Source: Candidatus Multivoradales bacterium
Lineage (GTDB): Bacteria; Acidobacteriota; Thermoanaerobaculia; Multivoradales; JAHEKO01
DNA: 64,000 bases
NCBI GenBank assembly: GCA_965223155.1
Contig: CBDCVR010000013.1
Location: forward strand, 997,538-1,061,537
Direction: 5' to 3'
Numbering within the stretch: the first letter of the stretch is position 1; each line of letters opens with the position of its first letter. A program made the position numbers and the translations under genes. The notes under the pieces are model-generated. The model did no database searches, had not been told where the DNA came from, and was given only the letters and a program-made list of their open reading frames with translations. Positions 1-9,296 of this stretch are shown here, one piece after another.

Positions 1-15
1 TCGCGTCGGCAAAGC

Positions 16-624
16 TCATGAGGATTCTCCTTGGCGATTGGCCTCGCGATTCGTCGCCGCCGGGCGGGCCGCGGTCGCGGATCCGGCGGGCTCGATCACG
101 ATCTTGCCCAGCATCAGATGGTGGTTGATGCCGCAGAACTCGTTGCAGATGACCTTGTAGTCACCGGGCTGGTTGGGCGTGATCTTGAGCCCGTAGTCGT
201 ATCCGGGGACGATCTGAAAATTGACGTTGGCCGGATAGAGACTGAAGCCGTGGTTGACGTCGAGCGATGAGATATGAAGCGTGTAGTCGGCGCCTTCTTC
301 CAGTACCAGGACCGGGGACCACTTCCACATCGTGCCCTGGAGATAGATGTCGCTTCCGGCCGGCGGCTTGACGACGGGAATTCCGCTTTCCTCGCCGACC
401 TGGTAGTCGTTGATGAAGCGCTGGACCCGTTCCGCGAACGCCTTGGGCTCGACCTTCGAGCGAATGCCGGACGGGTTCTGCCCGCCCTTGATGTGCCAGA
501 AGGGCATCGCCGCGAACAGAACCATGCACCAGATAAAGGCGACGACGATCCAGAACCTTTCTTGCTTGCCGGCAGGCTTCCACCAGACTCCCTTGGGCGG
601 GACGACCGCGGTATGGAGACTCAT
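16..624 (-). CDS. coxB: cytochrome c oxidase subunit II (CuA-binding)
   Basis: Translation contains the CuA motif ICNEFCGINHHLM and an N-terminal TM segment. The ATG (MSLHT...) was chosen inside the longer ORF. The stop overlaps an ATG at 17-19 on the same strand, which looks like the start of coxA/ctaD running off the window. Confidence 0.8.
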   Translation of the reverse strand: MSLHTAVVPPKGVWWKPAGKQERFWIVVAFIWCMVLFAAMPFWHIKGGQNPSGIRSKVEPKAFAERVQRFINDYQVGEESGIPVVKPPAGSDIYLQGTMWKWSPVLVLEEGADYTLHISSLDVNHGFSLYPANVNFQIVPGYDYGLKITPNQPGDYKVICNEFCGINHHLMLGKIVIEPAGSATAARPAATNREANRQGESS

Positions 625-766
625 GGCAGGGGCGCCTCGGGCAGGTTCGCGACCTCCCACAGACCCCAGCCGGTGTAGAACAGAAACATCACTACCAAGC
701 CGAGAAGCAGCAGCAGGAACGGCCGGTCGAATAGTCGCTGGCCGAGCGGAGCTTCTTCCTTCATGA
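621..766 (-). CDS. small hydrophobic protein (about 48 aa) upstream of coxB
   Basis: ATG...TGA ORF MKEEAPLGQRLFDRPFLLLLLGLVVMFLFYTGWGLWEV.. with one predicted TM helix. Its stop overlaps the coxB ATG (ATGA). It is below the 60-aa cutoff of the ORF track. Confidence 0.35.
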
Positions 767-904
767 AACCTCCTTCCGGGTTCGCATCACGGCGCCGGGT
801 CCGCGCTCACCGCGCCGCCCGCGCCCGGGCTTTGTTCTGGCGCCTCAATATGCCCGAAACCGCAACCGAGCGAACCATCCGTTGGGGTGGGGCTCCGTTT
901 TGGC

Positions 905-930
905 CTAGATCGCCCGGACCTAGATCGCCC
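905..930. repeat. tandem direct repeat ctagatcgccc x2 (15-bp period)
   Basis: Read directly: cctagatcgcccggacctagatcgccccgcc. It overlaps the stop codon of the 920..1405 gene. Confidence 0.4.
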
Positions 931-1405
931 CGCCCCGCCAATCCTCGATCACCTCGGCCTTGAGCGCCCACTCACTACCGGGGAAGCGGCGCCGGAGGTC
1001 GTTCCAGGCGTCGGCCAGCGCCTGGATGTCGCGGCGGCCGGCCAGGAAGCGGGCGACCCCCAGCCAGCACGCAGCCTCGGGAGCCGCCGGAGCCTCGGCA
1101 TGATCCGCCACCACCGAGCCCAGAAGCCCTTGGGCGTCCTCGGCCGCGCGGCGGGTGATGGCGTAGATGCCCCGGGCGGTCCGAAGCTCGGCCACGAAAT
1201 CCGCCGGCGGCAGCCAGCCCACCGACCGGCGGCGCGCTCGACCCTTGCCGTCGAGGTACACGAACGTGGGCGCCCACGGTACCGGAGCCCCGCCGCTCGC
1301 CTCGACGAAGTCCGGGTGGCGCTCGGTCAGGTTCGCCTTGAAACAGGCGAAACCCTCCTCCAGCTCCGCCTCGACCTCCGGATGTGGATACGTCACGGTA
1401 TCCAT
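920..1405 (-). CDS. hypothetical protein (possible thioredoxin-like fold)
   Basis: 161-aa ORF with an ATG start and no strong family motif that I can name. The thioredoxin-like impression is weak. Confidence 0.5.
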   Translation of the reverse strand: MDTVTYPHPEVEAELEEGFACFKANLTERHPDFVEASGGAPVPWAPTFVYLDGKGRARRRSVGWLPPADFVAELRTARGIYAITRRAAEDAQGLLGSVVADHAEAPAAPEAACWLGVARFLAGRRDIQALADAWNDLRRRFPGSEWALKAEVIEDWRGGAI

Positions 1406-1621
1406 GCGCCGGCACCCGAGTCAGCCAGGCGCCCAGAGATAGGCGAGAACAAGGGCGTCATCGGCCGCGGCCGCCTGCGCGGCCTCGAGGTACTCGTGCC
1501 AGTCAACCGGCATTCCACTATTGTACCGAGGCTCTTGGACACCAGGCCCACCCAACTACCGCTCACTGGAGAGGCGACGGGTGCCCAACGGCACCCGTCG
1601 CACTCCAATTGGCCTTCTGTC

Positions 1622-2641
1622 CTAGCTTCCGATCAGGTCGATCGCCGTCTGCGCCGTCGCTATCAAGGTGTCGGCATCCGCTTCCGCGATCGCGCCTCCG
1701 CGTTGCGCCTGGACCGCGTTGATAAACGCCTCGAGACTTCCGATAGCGGCCACATCGTTGTGGGTATTCAGATCTTCGAGCGCCTTCAGGGCCGCATCGA
1801 GCTTCGCATCGAGGCTGTTGGCGATCCCCTGGCTGAGGTTCAGACCAATGATATCGGCGACGAGCTGAGCAACCAGGTCGGACGCAGTGCCACATGCCGG
1901 GATTCCGGCGACACCGCGATCGTAGAGATCGGTGACTTCGGAGGCGGTCAGTGCCGTGTCGTAGACGACAATCTCGTCCAAGTGGCCGCTGTAGTACGAC
2001 GAGCAACTGTCCCATCCAAGCTGGACCATCTGGAGCTCGTCGTTGATGAGTCCACCGTAGATCGGCACCACCGAATCCACCAGAACACCATCGACGTAGA
2101 AGTCGACCGAATCCGTGGTGTAGGTTGCAGCCACGTGCTTCCACTCACCAAACGGAAACGGCGCGAACGAGCTAGAGACTTCATCTTCGGTGACCGGTGG
2201 ATCCGCCCACTTGCTGAAGTAGAGCTCCTCAGAGAACAGGTGTGCGTACAACTGAAAGTTCCCCGCGTTGCAGTACGTTCTTGCCGTGATGACGGCGCCC
2301 AGCCCGTCCCCCACAGGGCCGGCCGGCCCACGATAGACCCACGCCGCAATGGACATCTGGTCGCCTCCGAAGTCCGTCAACGCGGCGTGAGCTCCCACGT
2401 CGACGTACGATCCGTCACCGCCCAGGCCCATGGCTTGGCCCACGGGACCCGAGCCATACGACACCGAGCCGATGGGCGTGCCGGCAATGCCGTTCACCAT
2501 CTCGGTGGTGTCACCATCGAGCGGCCAATAGCCCACGACGTTGGCGTCGCACTGATTCGCAATCGCCAATTGCGGTGTCATCAAGAGCACGGCCGCCACA
2601 CCCGATGCAACAAGTCCTCTCACTGCCAGTCCTCGATTCAT
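1622..2641 (-). CDS. secreted LamG/concanavalin A-like lectin domain protein
   Basis: Internal ATG (MNRGLAV...) with a GGAG-type RBS and signal peptide; the upstream part of the 512-aa ORF is Arg/Pro-rich junk. The body resembles LamG jelly-roll proteins (WVY...GEWKHVAATY...). The C-terminus has an alpha-helical tail. Confidence 0.65.
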   Translation of the reverse strand: MNRGLAVRGLVASGVAAVLLMTPQLAIANQCDANVVGYWPLDGDTTEMVNGIAGTPIGSVSYGSGPVGQAMGLGGDGSYVDVGAHAALTDFGGDQMSIAAWVYRGPAGPVGDGLGAVITARTYCNAGNFQLYAHLFSEELYFSKWADPPVTEDEVSSSFAPFPFGEWKHVAATYTTDSVDFYVDGVLVDSVVPIYGGLINDELQMVQLGWDSCSSYYSGHLDEIVVYDTALTASEVTDLYDRGVAGIPACGTASDLVAQLVADIIGLNLSQGIANSLDAKLDAALKALEDLNTHNDVAAIGSLEAFINAVQAQRGGAIAEADADTLIATAQTAIDLIGS

Positions 2642-2820
2642 TTCTAGCTCCTCTCTCGTTTCAATCCCATCGCCTCTCTTGCTCAAGGCGCCTAGCTTCG
2701 TCAGTGAGACGGACGCTGGCTTTCGATTTCGCGACCCGACGCTGTACCAACTGCAAGCGATGCCATTCCGAGGCTGTAGGCACGGCCACCACCCACGCTC
2801 GACTCCGATAGGCTCGAAGC

Positions 2821-3603
2821 GTGCTCGGCATCGTGGAGGAGAAGGCTGAGATCGCCTACGAGATCCGGCGCTCGCGCCGGGCAAAGCGCGTTCGGCTAAC
2901 GGTTCGGCCGGAGGGGGTGCGGGTCTCGGCGCCGCCATGGACGCGGGCGGCGACGATCCGGAGGTTCGTGGAGTCGAAGCGGCCCTGGATCGAGCGCCGG
3001 TCGCGGGAGCTGGCCGAGGAGGCGCGGCGATGGGCTTTGCCGGAGTCGCTCTCGCCGGGCGTTCTCGTTCCGCTTCGCGGAGACCGGGTCGAGCTCCACG
3101 TGCTCGACGCTCAGGCTCCGGTTGCCGCTTCGGCCTTCGCCTCGGGACTGACCTCAGCATCGGGGCGCCGGTCGAAGAGGGCTTCGGTTGAGCTCGCGGG
3201 CCGGCCCGCGGACCGAATCAAGGTGCTGGTGCCGGGAACCCAGGCCAAGTCCGAGCGCCAGACCGAGATCCGGCGAGCGCTCGTCGACTGGCTGAAGCTC
3301 CAGGCGCTTGCCGACGCCGAGCGCTGGGTCGGCGTGTACGCTCCCCGCCTCGATGTCCGTCCCACCAAGATCCGGATCGGCAACCAGAAGACCTTGTGGG
3401 GGAGCTGCTCGGCGCGCGGGACGATCTCGCTCAACTGGCGCCTGGTGACTCTGCCGGAGGCCTTGTTCGAATACGTGGTCGTCCACGAGCTCTGTCACCT
3501 AGTCGAGCGCAATCACGGACTGCAGTTCTGGAGCCTCGTGGGCTCGCTCCTGCCTGACTACGGCGATCGGCGCGCCGCGCTACGGCGGCGGACGATTCTC
3601 TAG
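2821..3603 (+). CDS. YgjP-like zinc metallohydrolase (DUF45/M48-related)
   Basis: Family-typical N-terminus (IAYEIRRSRRAKRVRLTV) and C-terminal HELCHL zinc motif. GTG start. Confidence 0.8.
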   Translation: MLGIVEEKAEIAYEIRRSRRAKRVRLTVRPEGVRVSAPPWTRAATIRRFVESKRPWIERRSRELAEEARRWALPESLSPGVLVPLRGDRVELHVLDAQAPVAASAFASGLTSASGRRSKRASVELAGRPADRIKVLVPGTQAKSERQTEIRRALVDWLKLQALADAERWVGVYAPRLDVRPTKIRIGNQKTLWGSCSARGTISLNWRLVTLPEALFEYVVVHELCHLVERNHGLQFWSLVGSLLPDYGDRRAALRRRTIL

Positions 3604-3673
3604 AGCCCGCGACAGCTAGAGAGAGGCTACCGGCCCGGCAACCACGGCTACACGATCCCGGGCGGCCGCCCGA

Positions 3674-4582
3674 TCAGCTTCGCTCGTGCCGCAGAAAGGT
3701 GCCGTCTTCGAGCTCGGCGTAGGCCTGACGCAGCTCGCCGGGAGAGTTCATGACGATCGGCCCGTGCCAGGCCACCGGCTCGCGCAGGGGCTGGCCCGAG
3801 ACCAGCAGGAAGCGCATTCCCTCGTCGCCCGCCTCGACCACGATCTCGTCGCCGCGGTCGAAGAGAACCAGCGAGCGGTCGCCGGCCGGAGTCAAGCTCA
3901 TCGCCCCCGAGGCCAGATCTTCGGTGGGCACGCCGCGCGGGTCGGACGCGCCGGCGAACCGGCCCGACCCGGCAAAGACGTAAGCAAAAGCGTGGTCGGC
4001 GGTCTCGACCGCCAGGCGCTTGCGCCGGTTGGGCGGAACCGAGACGTCCAGGTACCGGGGATCGGCGGCTATGCCCTCGACCGGTCCGCGGGCGCCCCAG
4101 AACTCGCCACAGACGACCCGCACCCGGGTGCCGTCGTCGTCGGTCACCTCAGGAACGTCGCCGCTCGCGATGTCCTGGTAGCGCGGCGCAGTCATCTTCT
4201 TCGACGCCGGCAGATTGGCCCAAAGCTGGAAACCGTGCATGCGGCCGGCCGGGTCCCCGGCCGGCATCTCCTGATGGACGATGCCGCTGCCGGCGGTCAT
4301 CCACTGCACGTCGCCGGCGCCGACGACGCCGGAGTTGCCCAGGCTGTCGGCGTGCTCGACACTACCGGCCAGAACGTAGGTGATGGTCTCGATGCCGCGG
4401 TGCGGGTGCCAGGGGAACCCCGCCCGGTAGTCCTCCGAGCGCTCGTTGCGGAAGTCGTCCAGCAGCAGAAACGGGTCGAAGTCCTTGGTCTTGCCAAAGC
4501 CGAAGGCGCGGTCGAGGCGAACGCCGGCGCCTTCGATCGTGGGTTGGGCTTGACTGACGGAACGGGCAGGCCGGATGGACAT
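3674..4582 (-). CDS. pirin family protein (cupin)
   Basis: Pirin signature region FPWHPHRGIETITYVLAG..H...G and a bicupin-length protein. The ATG at MSIRP was chosen within the longer ORF. Confidence 0.85.
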   Translation of the reverse strand: MSIRPARSVSQAQPTIEGAGVRLDRAFGFGKTKDFDPFLLLDDFRNERSEDYRAGFPWHPHRGIETITYVLAGSVEHADSLGNSGVVGAGDVQWMTAGSGIVHQEMPAGDPAGRMHGFQLWANLPASKKMTAPRYQDIASGDVPEVTDDDGTRVRVVCGEFWGARGPVEGIAADPRYLDVSVPPNRRKRLAVETADHAFAYVFAGSGRFAGASDPRGVPTEDLASGAMSLTPAGDRSLVLFDRGDEIVVEAGDEGMRFLLVSGQPLREPVAWHGPIVMNSPGELRQAYAELEDGTFLRHERS

Positions 4583-4725
4583 CAGGCACCTCCTGGAACG
4601 GTCGCTGTCGAGAAAAAGCACTACGCGGATGCGCACCCCGAACAACGGATTCGGAGCGTTTGAAATTCCCTCCCGCGATGTCTCCGGGACTCGCCCCGGC
4701 GGTCGCTTGCAGGTACCCTCGGCCG

Positions 4726-6078
4726 ATGCTCGCGACCCGGCCTTCGACCGAGACCGGCCGGCTTCTGCGCCTGGCCGGCCCGATGATCGTCGGGCAACTC
4801 GCCGGGGTGCTCATGACCTTCGTCGACACGGTCATGGCCGGAAGACTCTCGGCCGAAGCTCTGGCGGCGGTGGCCGCGGGCAGCGCCATCTGGCACACCC
4901 TGATGCTCGCGGGCATGGGTATCCTGCTCGCGGTCTCGCCTTCGGTGGCGCAGCTCGACGGCGCCGGCCGGCAGAGCGAGATCGGCCCCCTGGTCCGGCA
5001 GGCCGCCTGGATTGCCCTCGCCCTGGCGGCGGTCACCGTCGCCGCATGCCTGGGCGCCGGCCCGCTTCTCCACGCACTCGACATCGAACCGGGGCTCCAC
5101 GAGACGATCCTGGGATACCTCAAGGCCCTCCTCTGGGGTGCCCTGCCGATGTATCTCTTCCTGGCGCTTCGTTTCCTGTGCGAGGGCGTCGAGATCAGCC
5201 GGCCGGTGATGTATTTCGGCTTCGTCGGGCTGGCGGTCAACGTGGTCGCCAACTACGGCCTCATCTACGGCCACTGGGGCCTGCCGCGACTGGGCGCCGT
5301 GGGCTGCGGCTACGCCACCTCGGCGGTCTGGTGGACCGAGCTGGCCGGGCTCGTGGCCTACGTCCGGCTCCATCCGAAGCTGCGCCGGCTCCACGTCTTC
5401 GGCCGCTTTGACCGTCCGCGGGTCGAGCCCCTGCTCGAGCTCCTGCGCCTGGGTGGACCGATCGGGTTCAGCTTCTTCGTGGAGGTCAGCATGTTCGCGG
5501 GGGTGGCGCTGCTCATGGGCTCGATCAGCGCCGTGGCGGTGGCCGGACACCAGATCGCGATCAACGTCGCCTCGACCACGTTCATGGTGCCCTTGGGGAT
5601 CTCGCTGGCGACCACGGTCCGGGTGGGTAACGCCCTGGGCCGCGGCGATCGCGGCGGCGCCCGGCGCGCCGGATGGCTGGGCATCCGGGTCGCGCTCGCC
5701 GCGCAAGTGCTGTCTTCGATCCTGCTGGTGGTCTTCCCGCGCGCCATCGCCGGCATCTACAGCCGGGATCCGGCGGTAGTCGCGGTCGCGGTCCAGCTGC
5801 TGCTGGCGGCGGCGATCTTCCAGCTCTCGGACGGACTCCAGGTTTCGGCGGCGGGCGCCCTGCGCGGCGCCAAGGACACCCGGGCCCCGATGCTCGTCAC
5901 GGTCGTCGCGTACTGGGCGGTCGGCCTGCCCTTCGGCTACTGGCTGTGCTTTCGCCAGGGGCTGGGGGCGATCGGCCTCTGGATCGGCATCATCGGCGGC
6001 CTCACGGTCGCCGGCCTCTTGCTCACGGCCCGGTTCCGTCAGCTTCTGAGCGGGCCGGCGCCCGCGGGCGCCGGCTAG
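4726..6078 (+). CDS. MATE family efflux transporter
   Basis: 12-TM profile and the N-terminal LAGPMIVGQL motif typical of MATE/NorM/DinF. Divergent from the pirin gene. Confidence 0.85.
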   Translation: MLATRPSTETGRLLRLAGPMIVGQLAGVLMTFVDTVMAGRLSAEALAAVAAGSAIWHTLMLAGMGILLAVSPSVAQLDGAGRQSEIGPLVRQAAWIALALAAVTVAACLGAGPLLHALDIEPGLHETILGYLKALLWGALPMYLFLALRFLCEGVEISRPVMYFGFVGLAVNVVANYGLIYGHWGLPRLGAVGCGYATSAVWWTELAGLVAYVRLHPKLRRLHVFGRFDRPRVEPLLELLRLGGPIGFSFFVEVSMFAGVALLMGSISAVAVAGHQIAINVASTTFMVPLGISLATTVRVGNALGRGDRGGARRAGWLGIRVALAAQVLSSILLVVFPRAIAGIYSRDPAVVAVAVQLLLAAAIFQLSDGLQVSAAGALRGAKDTRAPMLVTVVAYWAVGLPFGYWLCFRQGLGAIGLWIGIIGGLTVAGLLLTARFRQLLSGPAPAGAG

Positions 6079-6144
6079 GGCTGAAGACGACAGCGGGCCG
6101 CCGCCGACAAGGCGGCGACCCGTGTCCGTTGATCGCGGAGGCCT

Positions 6145-6894
6145 CTAGCGGCCGGCGTCGGCCGCTTCCGCCATCGCCTCGCGGGCGGCGACGTCGTCCG
6201 ACGACATGTCCACGGTCACCATGAAGCCGGTTGTACCGCTGAACTCGAAGGCCTTGTCTCCGACCTTCCAGGTCTCGATCTCGTTCGGCATCATCTTGAA
6301 CCCGTCGTTACGGGCGGCACCGAAGTACGCGATGTTGTTGAGAAAGCCGGGACCGCCGTCCATGCCCGCCCACTTGTTGAGAGCGATGTGGGCCTTCTCG
6401 CCGCCGTCCAGCTTGGCCTCGGCCCGGTCCTCGGTAGCCATCCACTCGATGTCGCCATCCGCGGCAACCTCGAAGGACTTCCACTGCACCGGAAAGATGT
6501 GGCCCAGAGCCGTGGCGACACCCGCTTTCTGCGCGTCGGTCGTACCCTCTTGGAAGGTCACGATCGCCCACTCGGTCTCGCCGTCCTCCCAGTTGTCACC
6601 CAGGTCCCCGGCGACCCAAAACCTGACTCCGGCCAGATCGGTGTCGCCATGGTGACCTTCGTTGACCTTGTAGGCCATGTTGAACTTGCAGAAGTGCTCG
6701 GGGTCGTGGGCCACATGGGAGGCGGGCTCGAAATTGAAGTAGCACTGGCAGAACATCGGACAGCTACAGGCCTCGATCACGGTTCCGTTGAAGTGCCAAT
6801 CCTCGCCGTCGCCGGCCCAGACCATGGGCGCCGCCAGGATCGCGACAGCCGCCACGAGCGCAGCGCCAAGAAACCACGTTCTCTTTCGATTCAT
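6145..6894 (-). CDS. DUF1326 domain protein, secreted
   Basis: Signal peptide plus the ACSCPMFCQCYF Cys motif that I recall as characteristic of DUF1326. GGAGGG RBS 7 nt upstream of the ATG. Confidence 0.6.
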   Translation of the reverse strand: MNRKRTWFLGAALVAAVAILAAPMVWAGDGEDWHFNGTVIEACSCPMFCQCYFNFEPASHVAHDPEHFCKFNMAYKVNEGHHGDTDLAGVRFWVAGDLGDNWEDGETEWAIVTFQEGTTDAQKAGVATALGHIFPVQWKSFEVAADGDIEWMATEDRAEAKLDGGEKAHIALNKWAGMDGGPGFLNNIAYFGAARNDGFKMMPNEIETWKVGDKAFEFSGTTGFMVTVDMSSDDVAAREAMAEAADAGR

Positions 6895-7080
6895 ACTTCC
6901 CTCCATGGATGGTCCAGGCGAGTTGTGACTCGCCCGGTGTTGCCGCCGGCGAAGCCGCTCCGCCGGCGCCTTACGAATGATCTACTGAACCTATCTCCAG
7001 CAATCGAAATCGTCAATCCCGCTCTGCCCGGCCTGGAAGGCCTCGCCGCCTTGCCAGATCGCACCAAATAGTGCAACATT

Positions 7081-7098
7081 CGTTAACTCGTTAACGCG
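7081..7098. promoter_or_regulatory. candidate operator: CGTTAAC-TC-GTTAACG twin palindrome
   Basis: Read directly in the divergent intergenic region between the DUF1326 gene and the 7208 secreted-protein gene, about 110 bp upstream of the latter. Confidence 0.25.
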
Positions 7099-7207
7099 TG
7101 GCGGGAGTGACGCACGTTGGCGCTGGGCTCGGACGTTTGACCGGCCTAGGGGTAGAGGGCGGGGTGTCTCTACAGGCGAAACGGCCGGACCGGCAGGAGG
7201 GACAGCC

Positions 7208-9262
7208 ATGACGCAATTCCAAAATCCTTGTCGCCGGCTCTTCGGAGCCCTTCTCGTGACCTCGGTCCTCGGTGTGGCTCCGGCCAGCGGCAGCGACCCG
7301 CAGCTCGCTGATCCGCTGCCGCCACCGCTGTCCGAAAGCGAGACAATCCACGAGCGCATCGATGTGCACGCGCAGCGGGCGATCGTCAGGCTCTCGCACG
7401 GCGCCACCTTCGAGGACCGCGCCACCTCGCGCTATCTCCTGCGTGGCGTCCAGTACGGTGTCCTGGGCGGCATCTACAAGGTCGATACCCAGGTTCCGGC
7501 GTTGCGAGCCCAAAGTCTTGGCCAGGGGTGGTGGACGCTGCTCGACGGGCGTCCGGCCGGATGCATGCTCGAACCGGCGCACGAGAAGCCCATCTTGATC
7601 TTCAGCAAGACCGTGGCGCCGCAGACCGACGCCCTGGCCCAGGCGCTCAAGACCGCTCTCGACGAGTGCGGCTTCCGCCGGCTGGACGTTCTCGTGACCC
7701 GGGGCGGCTACCCCTGCACCGAGGCCTACGTCACGATCTCGAGCGAGCCCGTGGGGGTCGCCAACGATCCGCCCTGCCGCACCTACCCGTCCGGTCTCTG
7801 CCGCTTCTACGTTCCCACCGCGATGTACGAGTTTCGCGTCACCTGCAACAGCGAGTCGACCGACCCGGTGGGAATCTACCGGGCCGTAGCCCCCGGGGCT
7901 GGCGTCCAGACGGAAGCGTTCGATTTCGCCGGGGCTCCCGAGCCATCCACCCCACCGGCGCCGCCGCCGGCCACACCGCCGGGCACCACTCCCCCGCCGG
8001 GCTCACCGCCGGGGCAAACCACTCCGCCGCCACCGCCCACGACCAAGGGAACGCCACCGTCGAAGACGCCGCCGCCGGCGACTCCGCCTCAGGCGACACC
8101 TCCGGCCTACGGTCGCGTTCCGCTCGGCAAGCTGCCGCCGTCGACCAAAGGACCGCCGCCGACCCCCTCCAAGCTCCCCCGCACTCGGATCACCCGTCCG
8201 CCCAGCCGCCTGCGCCTTCCGGGGCGCACGGCGACGCCGCCGTCTGAACCTCCACAACCTTCGGAGCCCCCGCCCACGGGAACGCCGCCGGCGTCCGTCG
8301 CGGTACGCGACTGCCCGGTCACGCCGGTTCGTGGCGGCCCTTGCTGGACGACCGAAGACGTCATCAACTCGGCGATCGACCATCACGCCCAGAGCGCCTT
8401 GCTACGTATGTTCGCCGGCGGCGGCGTGCCGGCGGCCGAGGCCTCGCAGATCCTGTGCGCGGCCAAGGCGGGCGAGCTCGAGGGCGTGTACTTGCCGGAC
8501 CAGCAGGTCCCGGCGCTCCGCGTCCGCTCTCAGGGCGGCAATTGGTGGGAAATGATTCCGGCCGGCAGCCATTCGGTCTGCTACCAGCCACCGCCCGACC
8601 GGGCGCCGCTGATCGCCTTCAGCAAGCAGATCAAGGACGACCGCGCTCTGGTGGCGATCGCACTTTCCAACGCCTGGCACGATTGCAAGCTTCCGCCGAC
8701 CGCGCCCCGCTGCTACGTCGCGACGATCTCCAAGCCCAAGCCCGAGCTGGTCTGCCCCCCCGGCACCATCCCGGATCCCGAGGGTGAGGTCTGCGTACCC
8801 CAGGTCGTCTGCCCGCCGGGCTCGGATCCGAAACCAGACGGCACCGGCTGCGTCGAGCGCGAGTGCCCGCCCGGAACGATTCCGGACGGTGACCTCTGCA
8901 TTCTGGATCTGCCCGGAACGGTGCAGACACCGTGTACGCAATCCGAGATCGAGCAGCAGTTCCAGCAGAAGACCGACTTCTGCGCCTCGATCAAGTTCGG
9001 CCTCGACGCCGCCTGCGGCCTGGGCCAGAGTCCCTGCGATCATCTGCGGCCGGTAAAGTTCGGCTGCGACGTCTTCGAACGGATCTTCGGCAAGCCCATC
9101 CCGGGCGCCAAGCACCCGGCCTGCTCCGAGTCGAACGCCGGCTTCTACAAGAGATGCGTACTCTCGACCCTCGAGGGCGAACGCAAGACCCTACCCTGCA
9201 CACTGCCGTCAGCCAGCGACCTGCGCCAGAAGTACGACTCCTGGCCCGGGAAGCAGAAGTAA
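7208..9262 (+). CDS. secreted protein with two copies of an uncharacterised Cys-containing domain, Pro-rich linker and C-terminal CPPG-repeat Cys-rich region
   Basis: GGAGG RBS, ATG and signal peptide (LGVAPASG). Internal duplication: IDVHAQRAIV... and IDHHAQSALL... Pro/Thr-rich low-complexity region at about aa 245-360. Tandem repeats VCPPGTIPDPEG / VCPPGSDPKPDG / ECPPGTIPDGD. Confidence 0.7.
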   Translation: MTQFQNPCRRLFGALLVTSVLGVAPASGSDPQLADPLPPPLSESETIHERIDVHAQRAIVRLSHGATFEDRATSRYLLRGVQYGVLGGIYKVDTQVPALRAQSLGQGWWTLLDGRPAGCMLEPAHEKPILIFSKTVAPQTDALAQALKTALDECGFRRLDVLVTRGGYPCTEAYVTISSEPVGVANDPPCRTYPSGLCRFYVPTAMYEFRVTCNSESTDPVGIYRAVAPGAGVQTEAFDFAGAPEPSTPPAPPPATPPGTTPPPGSPPGQTTPPPPPTTKGTPPSKTPPPATPPQATPPAYGRVPLGKLPPSTKGPPPTPSKLPRTRITRPPSRLRLPGRTATPPSEPPQPSEPPPTGTPPASVAVRDCPVTPVRGGPCWTTEDVINSAIDHHAQSALLRMFAGGGVPAAEASQILCAAKAGELEGVYLPDQQVPALRVRSQGGNWWEMIPAGSHSVCYQPPPDRAPLIAFSKQIKDDRALVAIALSNAWHDCKLPPTAPRCYVATISKPKPELVCPPGTIPDPEGEVCVPQVVCPPGSDPKPDGTGCVERECPPGTIPDGDLCILDLPGTVQTPCTQSEIEQQFQQKTDFCASIKFGLDAACGLGQSPCDHLRPVKFGCDVFERIFGKPIPGAKHPACSESNAGFYKRCVLSTLEGERKTLPCTLPSASDLRQKYDSWPGKQK
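8477..8640 (+). repeat. near-identical DNA segment shared with 9578..9740
   Basis: Runs such as cgcgtccgctctcagggcggcaattggtggga and gcgggcgccgctgatcgccttcagcaagcagatcaaggacg are identical between the two paralogs. Confidence 0.7.
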
Positions 9263-9296
9263 GCAAGGGACGGAACCTGAAAGGAGCTGAACGAGC

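Noticed and set aside
887-2647. 586-aa ORF on the + strand
   Set aside because: Antisense to the LamG-protein and thioredoxin-like genes. Arg/Gly/Pro-rich translation typical of high-GC shadow ORFs. No RBS or family signal.
4621-5706. 361-aa ORF antisense to the MATE transporter (and similar at 50251..51792, 53745..54443, 54462..55622, 31855..32847, 32679..34424, 32974..34887)
   Set aside because: All are antisense or out of frame relative to genes with strong family signatures, with low-complexity translations.
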